Made by a program: the position numbers and the translations under genes. Below the pieces are notes generated by a model. It saw only the letters and a program-made list of their open reading frames with translations, did not search any database and was not told the DNA's origin. 62,365 bases of DNA, from positions 1 through 62,365 of the forward strand of contig JAUVBY010000003.1 of the NCBI GenBank assembly GCA_030590945.1. Direction: 5' to 3'. This stretch comes from Gammaproteobacteria bacterium (GTDB lineage: Bacteria > Pseudomonadota > Gammaproteobacteria > Arenicellales > Poriferihabitantaceae). Positions 37,791 through 46,696 of this stretch are shown one piece after another. Numbering within the stretch: the first letter of the stretch is position 1; each line of letters opens with the position of its first letter.

Positions 37791-39548
37791 TTATCGGGGT
37801 TTACCCTTCAGTAGCGCTTCCGGGTGCCGCTCCAGAACTTCGGCCATCTGGCGTAATGAACGGGCTGCACCGGATAATTCACGCAGGGTTCTTAATACTT
37901 CCTGGTAGGCTTCAGAATCTTCAGTGAGGCCCGCGGTGACTTCATTGGTCTGGACGAGGGTTTGTTTGAGTTGCTCGGAGGCCTGATTGATATTGCTCAG
38001 GATTGCCTTAACATCATTAGAGTGCACCAGGTTATCTATCCCTTCGGCGGAACTATTTATCTGTACAGACGCCTCGCTAAAATTGCTCAGAATGGTTTTC
38101 ACATCCGCCGAATTGACCAGCGTATTTAAACCCTCGGCCGAACTGCTTAACTGTGCCGAAGCCTGATTTACGTTGGTCATTATATCTTTAACATCACTCG
38201 AGTGGACCAGGGCATCCGCGCCTTTGAGTATATTATTCAAATTAATGCCGATTTCATCCAGCGGCATTTTACTTATTTTTTCCATCAAATCTGACACGCT
38301 GTTTTTGATCGAATCTATCGATGTCGCAACGGTTGGCAGGACGATGTATTCATCCTCATACTTTATCTCAGCCGGCTCAGCGTCCGGATAAACATCAAAA
38401 TCAATGAGCATCTGGCCGGTCAGAAGACTCCCAGAGCGGAGCTGTGCCCGCAGCCCGTGGCTCACCAGGTCAGAAGCGGTGGGCGGCGCTTCATCGGGTG
38501 ATTTCTTGCCGATGATCTCCAGCCTGTCGGGTTCAAATTCGATGGTGACAGGAATTTTAAAGCTCTTGTCACGCATATCGTACTCTAGTTTTACGCCCGT
38601 GACGCGCCCGAAGGTAATACCACGAAGGGTGACGGGCGCGCCCACGTTGAGCCCGCGTGCAGAACCATCAAAGTACAGCCTGTACAGTTGTTCACTCTGG
38701 ACGTATTCGTCGCTGATGGCTGCCTGTCGGTTTTTATGCAGCTCGAAACGCGTGCCCGCCTGCGCCTGTGGGCCCTTTTCATTTTCCAGATTATCGAAGG
38801 CCAGGCCGCCGAGCAATAAAGCGATCATCGACTCGGACTGCATTTCAAAGCCGTCTGCACTCAGTTTGACATCAATACCGCTGGCATTCCAGAACCGGGT
38901 GTTTTCAAATACCAGCTGGTCATACGGTGCTCTGACGAATATTTCAACCGTGAATTTAGTGCCCTGTTTATCGAGTTTGTAACTGATTACTTCGCCGACT
39001 TTTAAGCGCCGATAGTAGATGGGAGCGCCGGCTTCAAAAGAATGCAGCGTTTTGGAGGTAAGCGTATACAGACTGCCATGATCTTCGGTTAATAAGACGG
39101 GCGGTTTATCCAAACCCACAAAGTTTTTTTGTTTTTTGCTTTTGCCTTCGCCCGGTTCGATGCCGATATAGGCTCCGGAGAGCAGCGTTCCCAGTCCGCT
39201 TACCTCACCCGCTGCAACACGTGCGCGCACCACCCAAAAACGGGTTTTAGCGTTGAGATGCCCACGCATACTGGGGTTTATCGTCGCGGTTACAATGACA
39301 TTAGAAAGGTCCCGGGAAAAAGCGATGTCGTCCACGACGCCGATCTCAACATCCTTATATTTTATTTTAGTTTTACCCGCTTTGAGCCCGTCAGCAGAGG
39401 CAAATTCAATGTATACCGTTGTGCCTTTTTCCTGGAGGTATTTGAATGTTAAACCACCACCGAGTGCCAGTGCCAGTAATGGAATAATCCAGACCGCGGA
39501 AAAACGGCTTCTGGGGGAGACGATGGCTTCTGGCAGTGAATCTGTCAT
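37791..39548 (-). CDS. pqiB: intermembrane transport protein PqiB (multi-MCE-domain protein)
   Basis: 585 aa. N-terminal anchor (RFSAVWIIPLLALALGG) and repeated MCE domains (e.g. IKYKDVEIGVVDDI, YYRRLKVGEVISYKL, VTLRGITFGRVTGVKL). C-terminal helical region with three 30-aa repeats. Confidence 0.9.
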   Translation of the reverse strand: MTDSLPEAIVSPRSRFSAVWIIPLLALALGGGLTFKYLQEKGTTVYIEFASADGLKAGKTKIKYKDVEIGVVDDIAFSRDLSNVIVTATINPSMRGHLNAKTRFWVVRARVAAGEVSGLGTLLSGAYIGIEPGEGKSKKQKNFVGLDKPPVLLTEDHGSLYTLTSKTLHSFEAGAPIYYRRLKVGEVISYKLDKQGTKFTVEIFVRAPYDQLVFENTRFWNASGIDVKLSADGFEMQSESMIALLLGGLAFDNLENEKGPQAQAGTRFELHKNRQAAISDEYVQSEQLYRLYFDGSARGLNVGAPVTLRGITFGRVTGVKLEYDMRDKSFKIPVTIEFEPDRLEIIGKKSPDEAPPTASDLVSHGLRAQLRSGSLLTGQMLIDFDVYPDAEPAEIKYEDEYIVLPTVATSIDSIKNSVSDLMEKISKMPLDEIGINLNNILKGADALVHSSDVKDIMTNVNQASAQLSSSAEGLNTLVNSADVKTILSNFSEASVQINSSAEGIDNLVHSNDVKAILSNINQASEQLKQTLVQTNEVTAGLTEDSEAYQEVLRTLRELSGAARSLRQMAEVLERHPEALLKGKPR

Positions 39549-40213
39549 TGTGTTGGTTCTTGTTTAATATTATCCCATATCAGACGCGGATCGAATGATT
39601 TTGCGGCGAAAATGGTTAGAACTACTACGGTGGCAAAATACATGGCCGCGGGGCCGGAATCAATATTCGCAAGCGTGCCAAGGTTTACTAAAGCGATGAG
39701 TATAGTTACCACGTATATGTCAACCATTGACCATCGGCCGATGAATTCGGTTATTCGGTAAATGCGCGCCCGCTCGCGTGGACGCCATTGTGATTTTCGT
39801 TGTACTGAAACCAGCAGATACATTAGCAGGGTCAGTTTGAGCAAGGGTACGAAAACGCTGGCTATAAAAATGACCAGGCCGATATACCAGCTGCCTGATT
39901 GAATAAAATAGATTACACCGCTCATAATGGTATCTTCCTGAGTCTGGCCAAGACCGACTACCCGGGTCATGGGCAGGAGATTGGCGGGGATATAAAATAC
40001 CAGTGCCAGCCCCACCAGCATCCACGTAATCAGCAGGCTGTTGTGAATTCTGGGGTGAATCGCCGAACCGCAACGAGGGCAGCTTAACTTTTGCTGTTGA
40101 TGATTCTGGTCTATGCGTACCAACTGATGACAGGTGTGACAAGCTGTTAATGAAGCTTCCAATGCTGATTCAGGCTGAGATGAGTCGCTCCGGGTTTCAG
40201 CACCCGGGCTCAT
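39545..40213 (-). CDS. pqiA: PqiA-family integral membrane protein, second half-size paralog
   Basis: Zinc-ribbon CHTCHQLV...CPRCGSAIHPR followed by four TM helices. I start it at ATG 40211-40213, which overlaps the upstream stop as ATGA. The track's longer start (40303) lies inside the upstream gene. Confidence 0.8.
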   Translation of the reverse strand: MSPGAETRSDSSQPESALEASLTACHTCHQLVRIDQNHQQQKLSCPRCGSAIHPRIHNSLLITWMLVGLALVFYIPANLLPMTRVVGLGQTQEDTIMSGVIYFIQSGSWYIGLVIFIASVFVPLLKLTLLMYLLVSVQRKSQWRPRERARIYRITEFIGRWSMVDIYVVTILIALVNLGTLANIDSGPAAMYFATVVVLTIFAAKSFDPRLIWDNIKQEPTQ

Positions 40214-40836
40214 TGTGCTCGCTCCAGTCGGCGCCACACAACTCGACCATCGATAGAGGAATGCGCGCCGGTTACCAGGAAAATCAGCGCTACAAATGAC
40301 CACATCGCGATGCCGGGAACAATGGCTGCCATCTTGGTTAGCTTGACCAGGGCCACCAGAATGCCAATCATGAACACTTCAATCATGTTCCAGTCACGAA
40401 TATGTTGTAGCAGGCGGAATGCCGGCCTGGTCTGGCGGGCCAGGCGGCCAAATTTCAGGGGTATAAAAATATACAGCATCAACAGCAGCTGGAGTAATGG
40501 TGCCAGGATGCTGGTGATAAACACCAGCAGGGCAAGCAACCAGATTCCCTGAGAATAAAATTCTCGAACACCGGTAAACAAAGTGGTTTGTGTGAACTGG
40601 CTGCCGATTTCAAAGCTTAAGAATGGAAATACATTGGCGACGATAAACAGTATCAGGCCGGCAAGTGACAGCGCTATGGTGCGGTTAATGCCATTTGGCA
40701 CATTTCGGAACAGTGCTGCTCCGCAGCGGCTGCATTTCACATTGCAATGATCTGCTGTAGCAGGTTCGCGTTGTAGTAAATCGCATTCGTGGCAGGCAAT
40801 CAGCGGCTGTGCTGCGAGTTGATGAGTGGCGTCCAA
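40210..40836 (-). CDS. pqiA: PqiA-family integral membrane protein, first half-size paralog
   Basis: 208 aa. CHECDLL...CSRCGAALFRN zinc ribbon plus four TM helices. Confidence 0.85.
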   Translation of the reverse strand: MDATHQLAAQPLIACHECDLLQREPATADHCNVKCSRCGAALFRNVPNGINRTIALSLAGLILFIVANVFPFLSFEIGSQFTQTTLFTGVREFYSQGIWLLALLVFITSILAPLLQLLLMLYIFIPLKFGRLARQTRPAFRLLQHIRDWNMIEVFMIGILVALVKLTKMAAIVPGIAMWSFVALIFLVTGAHSSIDGRVVWRRLERAQ

Positions 40837-41010
40837 TAGTCTAAGTAGTTTACAGCGGTAGGCGCGATATTAGCATGGATTTTGAGCCGCATAGTGTATG
40901 GCTTTTAAACCTGTTTTTCATAATCTTCGGGCAGCACGTCTGGCGTACAAAGTCAAAAAATTGGCGCGTTGTGCCATTTGAAATCTGCCAGACATGAATA
41001 TACTGGCGGC

Positions 41011-41430
41011 ATGAAATTACTTCGACTACCTTTTGATGTCACGGTTCGCAGCCAATCGTTTTTCCGATTGCTTTTGCTGGCCGGGCTTGCCCTCTCGACG
41101 CCTGTTCACGCTGCGCCAAACGCAAGCGACAAATTAACGATTGAGTTCCTGATTGATTACGTTGGCGATTCAGAAATGTTATTCGTGCGTAACTTTGGCA
41201 AACACAACGCCAAAGGTGCTGCGAGCCATATTCGTAAAAAGTACAAGCATTTCCTGGATGAAATTGATAGCCCCGAGATGTTCATTGAGTTGTGCGCGAG
41301 TAAAAGCCTACTAACGGGGCGTGAATATCATGTAATTGACCCGCAGGGTAACACGTTCAAAACGCGGGACTGGTTACTTGGCGCCTTAAATGGCTATCGC
41401 GAAAACAAAAATAACAGGCCGGAGTCCTGA
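41011..41430 (+). CDS. DUF5329-like secreted protein
   Basis: Signal peptide (…LLLAGLALSTPVHA/AP). Core IEFLIDYVGDSEMLFVRNFGKHNAKGAASHIRKKYKHF...FIELCASKSLLTGREYHV matches my memory of DUF5329. ATG 41011 preferred over track start 40969. Confidence 0.6.
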   Translation: MKLLRLPFDVTVRSQSFFRLLLLAGLALSTPVHAAPNASDKLTIEFLIDYVGDSEMLFVRNFGKHNAKGAASHIRKKYKHFLDEIDSPEMFIELCASKSLLTGREYHVIDPQGNTFKTRDWLLGALNGYRENKNNRPES

Positions 41431-42326
41431 TGAGAATAATCATTCGGATGGCCTTGCTCGCGCTGGCTACGGTGGTGTTCGCTGCGTGTTCCAGCCTTGA
41501 ACAGACATATCAACCGAAGATAAACTCCCATACGGAGAATAACACCGCCTTGCGGAACACGAGCCACGATACCGGTTTGCGGGTCATGACCCTGAACATG
41601 GCGCATGCGCGTGGTGCCGGGATTAATCAGTTGCTACAGGGTACGGATAAAGCCCGGATGAATTTAGACAATATCGTATCGTTGTTGAAACAGGAGAGGC
41701 CGGATATTGTTTCTTTGCAGGAAGCAGATCGTAGATCATTCTGGAATGGTAGTTTTGACCATGTAGGCTTTCTTGCTAAACATAGCGGATTTAAGCAGTC
41801 TGTTTCCGGGAGGCATGTAAAAGGCCTGGGCCTGGATTATGGTACTGCGCTGGTTGCAAATCTGGACCTCAATCAAGCAGAGTCGGTCGCCTTTAGCGGC
41901 GCCGAGGTATTTTTCTCAAAAGGGTTCGTCGTTTCATCCATCCGCTGGCCGGGCGTAGAATGTGTTGAAGTCGATGTGGTTTCCGTCCATCTGGATTTTG
42001 CCAGCAGCGAAATGCGCCGCGAACAGGCAGCCGCACTCATTGCCGTTTTAAAGCAAAGAAATCGCCCGGTAATTCTAATGGGAGACCTCAACGCTGAATG
42101 GCAACACAGCCGTTCCGTGGTGCGCCAGATGGCCGATGGATTGAACTTGCATCCGTTCAAACCTGATGACGAAGCTCTGGTTACATTTCCAAAATTTGGC
42201 GAGCGCCTGGACTGGATTTTAGTGTCGCCTGAAATTAACTTTAATAGCTATCGGTCTGTGGATTTAGTCGTCTCCGACCATCTCGGAGTGGTATCTGATT
42301 TGAGTATCAACCGTAGCTGCGGATAG
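41430..42326 (+). CDS. endonuclease/exonuclease/phosphatase (EEP) family lipoprotein
   Basis: 298 aa. Lipobox VVFAAC. EEP motifs (LRVMTLNMAH, DIVSLQEAD, ILMGDLN, SDHLGVVSDL). Its start shares one nucleotide with the upstream stop (TGATG). Confidence 0.85.
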   Translation: MRIIIRMALLALATVVFAACSSLEQTYQPKINSHTENNTALRNTSHDTGLRVMTLNMAHARGAGINQLLQGTDKARMNLDNIVSLLKQERPDIVSLQEADRRSFWNGSFDHVGFLAKHSGFKQSVSGRHVKGLGLDYGTALVANLDLNQAESVAFSGAEVFFSKGFVVSSIRWPGVECVEVDVVSVHLDFASSEMRREQAAALIAVLKQRNRPVILMGDLNAEWQHSRSVVRQMADGLNLHPFKPDDEALVTFPKFGERLDWILVSPEINFNSYRSVDLVVSDHLGVVSDLSINRSCG

Positions 42327-42473
42327 GCACTTTCATGGGCTGTTTTCAGTTTCTGAAATGGTATTCATTGGGCAGTAAAACATGATTTAACGTTGCAAAA
42401 CACAGATAAGCGGTATATTATTCAGGAATAACGGAATACATCGAAAATTCGATCGCCGCACTGGAGGAATGCA

Positions 42474-43544
42474 ATGAGTATTATTCGGCCCAATATTGAC
42501 GCCAATTCAGTGGCTGCACATCGAGTGCGTGTCAAAACTAAACCACGCACATCTGTCAGGCCGGCGGCGCGCGTGCCACTTGCCAGCAATACACGACTGG
42601 GAACCCGCGATAGGGAGTACCGAATCGATAAGCTGATCGGCATGGGCAGTTTCAGTCTGGTTTATTCCGCGACCGAAATCAGGTCAAACTTAAGCCTCAT
42701 CATTAAAGAGTATTTTCCGAAGCGTTATGCAAGGCGCAAAACTGACAATAAAATCGTACCGCTAACCGGGCACAAACAGATAGCCTATTGTGAAGGTGTG
42801 AAGCATTTTTATAACGAGGCTCTGGTGCTGAAACAGGTAAGCCATCCAAATGTATTGGATGTGCATGATTTGTTTCCTGCAAATAATACGACGTACCTGG
42901 TTTCTCCGAACAAGGGCGGCCGCGATCTGAAGTGGTTCCTTTCTTCGTACCCCGGTGCCCTGAGGAAAAAAATGTTTTACCGGGTTTTTACGCCCATACT
43001 GAGCGCCTTGCATTTTTTGCACGATGCACGGCTATTACATTTAGATATTAAGCCCGCCAACATTCTGCTTCAGCCGAATAGTGAACCTGTATTGCTGGAT
43101 TTTGGTGCGGCACAATTGATCGGCACGGCAATGCTGCCCCAACATAAACAGGTCGTCACGCATGGCTTTGCGCCCCCCGAGCAATACGGTAGTAGCGATG
43201 ATTTATTAGGTCCGTGGACAGATATTTACGCGATGGCTGCGACCATGTACTTTAGTATCACGGGTAATCCGCCCGCTAAATCAAAAGATCGAAAAATAAA
43301 TTCCCGGCTTATCATAGAGCGCTACTCAAATACCTGTTGCCCAAATTTAATGAATGCGATAAATCGGGCATTGTTATATGACGTATCAAAGCGATTTCAG
43401 AGTATTGATGAATTTGCAGCGGCACTGCTGAAAGGGTCTGAATGGGCGACCCTGGTTGAATATGAGGCTGACTTCATGGCGTATGACCGGTTCGATAATT
43501 CGATAAAACATGCTCAGGATCAACCCGCCCGCCGTGCAGCGTAG
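42474..43544 (+). CDS. Hanks-type serine/threonine protein kinase, cytoplasmic, non-RD
   Basis: 356 aa. Gly loop GMGSFSLVY, Lys in LIIKEY, catalytic loop HLDIKPANILL (Leu replaces the RD arginine), DFGAA, FAPPEQ. GGAGG SD 6 nt upstream. No TM or sensor domain. Confidence 0.85.
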   Translation: MSIIRPNIDANSVAAHRVRVKTKPRTSVRPAARVPLASNTRLGTRDREYRIDKLIGMGSFSLVYSATEIRSNLSLIIKEYFPKRYARRKTDNKIVPLTGHKQIAYCEGVKHFYNEALVLKQVSHPNVLDVHDLFPANNTTYLVSPNKGGRDLKWFLSSYPGALRKKMFYRVFTPILSALHFLHDARLLHLDIKPANILLQPNSEPVLLDFGAAQLIGTAMLPQHKQVVTHGFAPPEQYGSSDDLLGPWTDIYAMAATMYFSITGNPPAKSKDRKINSRLIIERYSNTCCPNLMNAINRALLYDVSKRFQSIDEFAAALLKGSEWATLVEYEADFMAYDRFDNSIKHAQDQPARRAA

Positions 43545-43577
43545 GCAGGCAGCATAGTATTCGGTTCTAAAGCAGGT

Positions 43578-45041
43578 TTATACCAGTTCGCCGAGCAGAG
43601 GCAGACCGGTTTTGATTTGCTCAATGCTGATCGAAGAGAACCCCAGGCGAAAATAGTTCAGCTTTTCTGTGCCGGGGAAGAAAAATGTATCGCCTGTTTC
43701 AATAAGTATGCCACGTTGTTTGGCTGCTTCGCCGAGTACCCGGCAATCCAGGCCTTCGGGGCCGCGTACCCAAAATGATGAACCACCAAAATCAGGTTTC
43801 TGAGTGCCCCCCGGGAAATGTTCATCAAGCAGTGTTTTCATGATTTTTGAACGATGGAAAAGCGTGTGGCTGGTGCGGCGGATCAGGGCATCGTGATAAC
43901 CCCGTTTTAAAAACTGTGCAATGATGAATTGATTATTCGAGGGAGGGTGACGTAACATGATGCGCCGCAGCGCTTTTGCCTGGCGAATAAACTCACGGGG
44001 CGCCACCATATATCCGAGTCGAATACCCGGGGCCAGTGTTTTTGACAGGCTGCCAACATAGATAACGCGCCCTTCGGTATCCAGACTTTTGAGTGCCGGA
44101 ATAGGTTCGGCACCATAATTGAATTCCGATTCATAGTCGTCTTCTATGATGATGATGTTGTGCTTATTGGCCTGTTCCAGTAGTTCCAGCCGGCGCGGCT
44201 TACTCATGGTATAGGTGGTTGGGAATTGGTGGCTGGGTGTCGTGTAAACGCACTGACAGTTTGCCAGGCGCTCATCAATCACCATGCCCTGTTCGTCAAT
44301 GTCCAGCAATTCAATGCGCTGTGTCTGGGTCAAAAACGTATTACGCGCATCAACATATCCCGGGTTTTCCATGCCGATGGTGTCACTGGATTTTAATAGT
44401 AGCTGCGCCGCCAGAAACAGTGCGTTTTGTGCGCCCACGGTAATCAGGATTTCATCGCGACCCGCCCAGATGCCTCGTCGGGGTAACAATTTACTGTGAA
44501 CCTGTTCAACCAGTAGCTCGCTGTCGCGATCAACGTGGTCCGAGGCCCAATTGTGGATAGCCGCGATACCCGCAGCTTCACGGCAACAATCTCGCCAGTC
44601 GGCAATGGGGAATAATTTTTTGTCAAATTGCCCGTAAACAAAAGGGTAGGGGTAACGCTGCCAGTCCTGAGGTTTGTGCAGATAAGGAAAGGCATCGGGG
44701 AAGAAACTTAGCTTGCTGGCCCAATCTGTTTTATTAGCCGGCGGCGACGGAATATTTGAATCGGTATCAGGAGAATGCACAAAACCGGCGCGCACATCTT
44801 CGCTGACATAAAACCCGCTGCGCTCACGAGCAACGATAAAGCCTTCATCCAGTAGTTGTTGATATGCCAGCACAACCGTGTTGCGTGCAACCTTAAGCTG
44901 TTCGGCCAGTTTGCGGCCGGACGGCATAGTCGCACCCGGTGCGAGATGTCCCCGGGTGATCGCATCCACCATCATCTCCTGGATCTGGCTTTGCAGCGTG
45001 CCAGTCGCATGTTCAGGCAGGCGAAAAAGGTAATCTATCAT
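43578..45041 (-). CDS. MocR/GabR-family transcriptional regulator (GntR wHTH fused to an aminotransferase-like domain)
   Basis: 487 aa. wHTH (SGRKLAEQLKVARNTVVLAYQQLLDEGFIVARERSGFYV) plus a fold-type-I PLP domain with the lysine box SLSKTLAPGIRLGY. Confidence 0.88.
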   Translation of the reverse strand: MIDYLFRLPEHATGTLQSQIQEMMVDAITRGHLAPGATMPSGRKLAEQLKVARNTVVLAYQQLLDEGFIVARERSGFYVSEDVRAGFVHSPDTDSNIPSPPANKTDWASKLSFFPDAFPYLHKPQDWQRYPYPFVYGQFDKKLFPIADWRDCCREAAGIAAIHNWASDHVDRDSELLVEQVHSKLLPRRGIWAGRDEILITVGAQNALFLAAQLLLKSSDTIGMENPGYVDARNTFLTQTQRIELLDIDEQGMVIDERLANCQCVYTTPSHQFPTTYTMSKPRRLELLEQANKHNIIIIEDDYESEFNYGAEPIPALKSLDTEGRVIYVGSLSKTLAPGIRLGYMVAPREFIRQAKALRRIMLRHPPSNNQFIIAQFLKRGYHDALIRRTSHTLFHRSKIMKTLLDEHFPGGTQKPDFGGSSFWVRGPEGLDCRVLGEAAKQRGILIETGDTFFFPGTEKLNYFRLGFSSISIEQIKTGLPLLGELV

Positions 45042-45081
45042 TTTGAATAGCTAAAAAGTCTGGCTGGTATCACGTATAGAA

Positions 45082-45094
45082 GTAAGCTGGCTCT
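45082..45094. promoter_or_regulatory. 13-mer GTAAGCTGGCTCT in the MocR/aminotransferase divergent promoter region (candidate operator)
   Basis: The identical 13-mer recurs at 55153-55165, upstream of the MetE-like gene. A related CTGGCT lies 27 nt upstream at 45060-45065. Confidence 0.3.
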
Positions 45095-45160
45095 ATGTTC
45101 ATTTTATGGGATGATATTATGCTATATACCCTGAATAGAAACCCACTAAATTTAACCAAA

Positions 45161-46474
45161 ATGAAACTCGATCAATCTGCGATGGATAATTTCTGGATGC
45201 CATTTACCGGCAACCGCGATTTTAAACAATCTCCACGTATGGTGATACGTGCTAAGGGCATGTACCTGTATGATGATAAGGGTGGGGAAATTCTTGATGG
45301 TTCATCGGGATTATTCTGTTCTCCACTGGGGCATTGCCGCGATGAAATTACCGAGGCAGTAAGCGCCCAGATGGCAGAGCTTGATTATGTCGCACCATTT
45401 CAAACTGCGCACCCGCTGGGGTTTAAGTTTGCTAAGCGCCTGGCCGATATGTTGCCGTCCGGTATCAATCATGTATTTTTTACCAACTCGGGTTCCGAGG
45501 CGGTGGATACCGCGATGAAAATCGCTTACGCCTATCATTATGCACGCGGCGAAGGTCAGCGAACCCGGTTTGCTTCCAGAGAGCGAGCTTATCATGGCGT
45601 TAATATGGGTGGCGTATCCTTAAGTGGCATGATCAAAAATCGACAGGCCTTTGGCCCGGGTATTCCGGGTGTGGTACATATGCGCCATACCTGGCAATCT
45701 GAAAACCGGTTTACGCGCGGGCAGGCCGAAACGGGCGGCGTAGAGCTGGCCAATGATCTGGAAAGAATCGCCTTAAATTATGGCCCGGATACCATTGCAG
45801 CCTGTTTTGTGGAGCCCATTGCCGGTTCAACCGGTTGCCTGGTGCCACCCAAAGGTTACCTGGAACGTTTGCGCGAGATTTGTGATCAATACGGAATTTT
45901 GCTGGTATTTGATGAAGTAATTACGGGGTTTGGCCGCACAGGGAAAGCCTTTGCCGCTGATAGTTTTGGCGTGATCCCCGATATTATGACTCTGGCGAAA
46001 GCGCTCACTAACGCGGCGCAGCCAATGGGCGCGGTAGCCGTCAGCGACAAAGTTCACGATGCTATCTTCAATGCCGCGCCTGATAAGGCGATTGAGTTAT
46101 TCCATGGTTATACCTATTCGGCGCATCCAGCGGCGTGTGCTGCGGGTCTGGCGGTCATGGATGTATTTGAGAAAGAAAATCTTTTCGAGCGTGCTAACGA
46201 ACTGTCGGAGTATTTTCTCGATGGCATGTTCTCTCTGAGCGACTTACCCCTGGTAACGGATATTCGTGGCTATGGCCTGTTGGCAGGGTTCGATCTCGAG
46301 CCGGGAGTTGCGCCGGGTGTGCGCGGCCTGGAGGTGCAGAAAAAGTTATTTCATGCGGGTTTAAACCTGAAAATGACAGGTGATTCCGGTTTGCTGGCCC
46401 CGCCTTTTATCGCGGAAGAGTCTCATATTGATCAGATCGTAGAACGCTTACGTGATGTAATAAAAGCCATTTGA
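45161..46474 (+). CDS. class III omega-amino acid:pyruvate aminotransferase (beta-alanine--pyruvate transaminase-like)
   Basis: N-terminus ...FWMPFTGNRDFKQSPRMVIRAKGMYLYDDKG..ILDGSSGLFC..LGH and FDEVITGFGRTGKAFA are characteristic. ATG 45161 preferred, though track start 45095 is possible. Confidence 0.9.
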   Translation: MKLDQSAMDNFWMPFTGNRDFKQSPRMVIRAKGMYLYDDKGGEILDGSSGLFCSPLGHCRDEITEAVSAQMAELDYVAPFQTAHPLGFKFAKRLADMLPSGINHVFFTNSGSEAVDTAMKIAYAYHYARGEGQRTRFASRERAYHGVNMGGVSLSGMIKNRQAFGPGIPGVVHMRHTWQSENRFTRGQAETGGVELANDLERIALNYGPDTIAACFVEPIAGSTGCLVPPKGYLERLREICDQYGILLVFDEVITGFGRTGKAFAADSFGVIPDIMTLAKALTNAAQPMGAVAVSDKVHDAIFNAAPDKAIELFHGYTYSAHPAACAAGLAVMDVFEKENLFERANELSEYFLDGMFSLSDLPLVTDIRGYGLLAGFDLEPGVAPGVRGLEVQKKLFHAGLNLKMTGDSGLLAPPFIAEESHIDQIVERLRDVIKAI

Positions 46475-46696
46475 TGGCTGCATGAAGGGGAAGGGTGTTT
46501 ATCCGTCGGACACTCGAATCCTGTCATCATTAAAGATGCTGAGAAGGGTCAATGAACAATAGCACTGCTCTATTGACATTGAAATTCACTCGCTTTTTCG
46601 CTTCGGATAGTGAAGATTTGGCCAGAACGTTAAGAATGGTAATATAGCGCGATAAAATAAACATTTATAAATTGATCATTCAGCAGCCGGGAGTCA

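Noticed and set aside
39545-40836. Two adjacent half-size pqiA genes as a possible frameshifted pseudogene of a single pqiA
   Set aside because: Each half has its own intact zinc ribbon and four TM helices. The junction is a clean ATGA stop/start overlap typical of coupled genes. Split pqiA pairs occur naturally, and I have no evidence of degradation.
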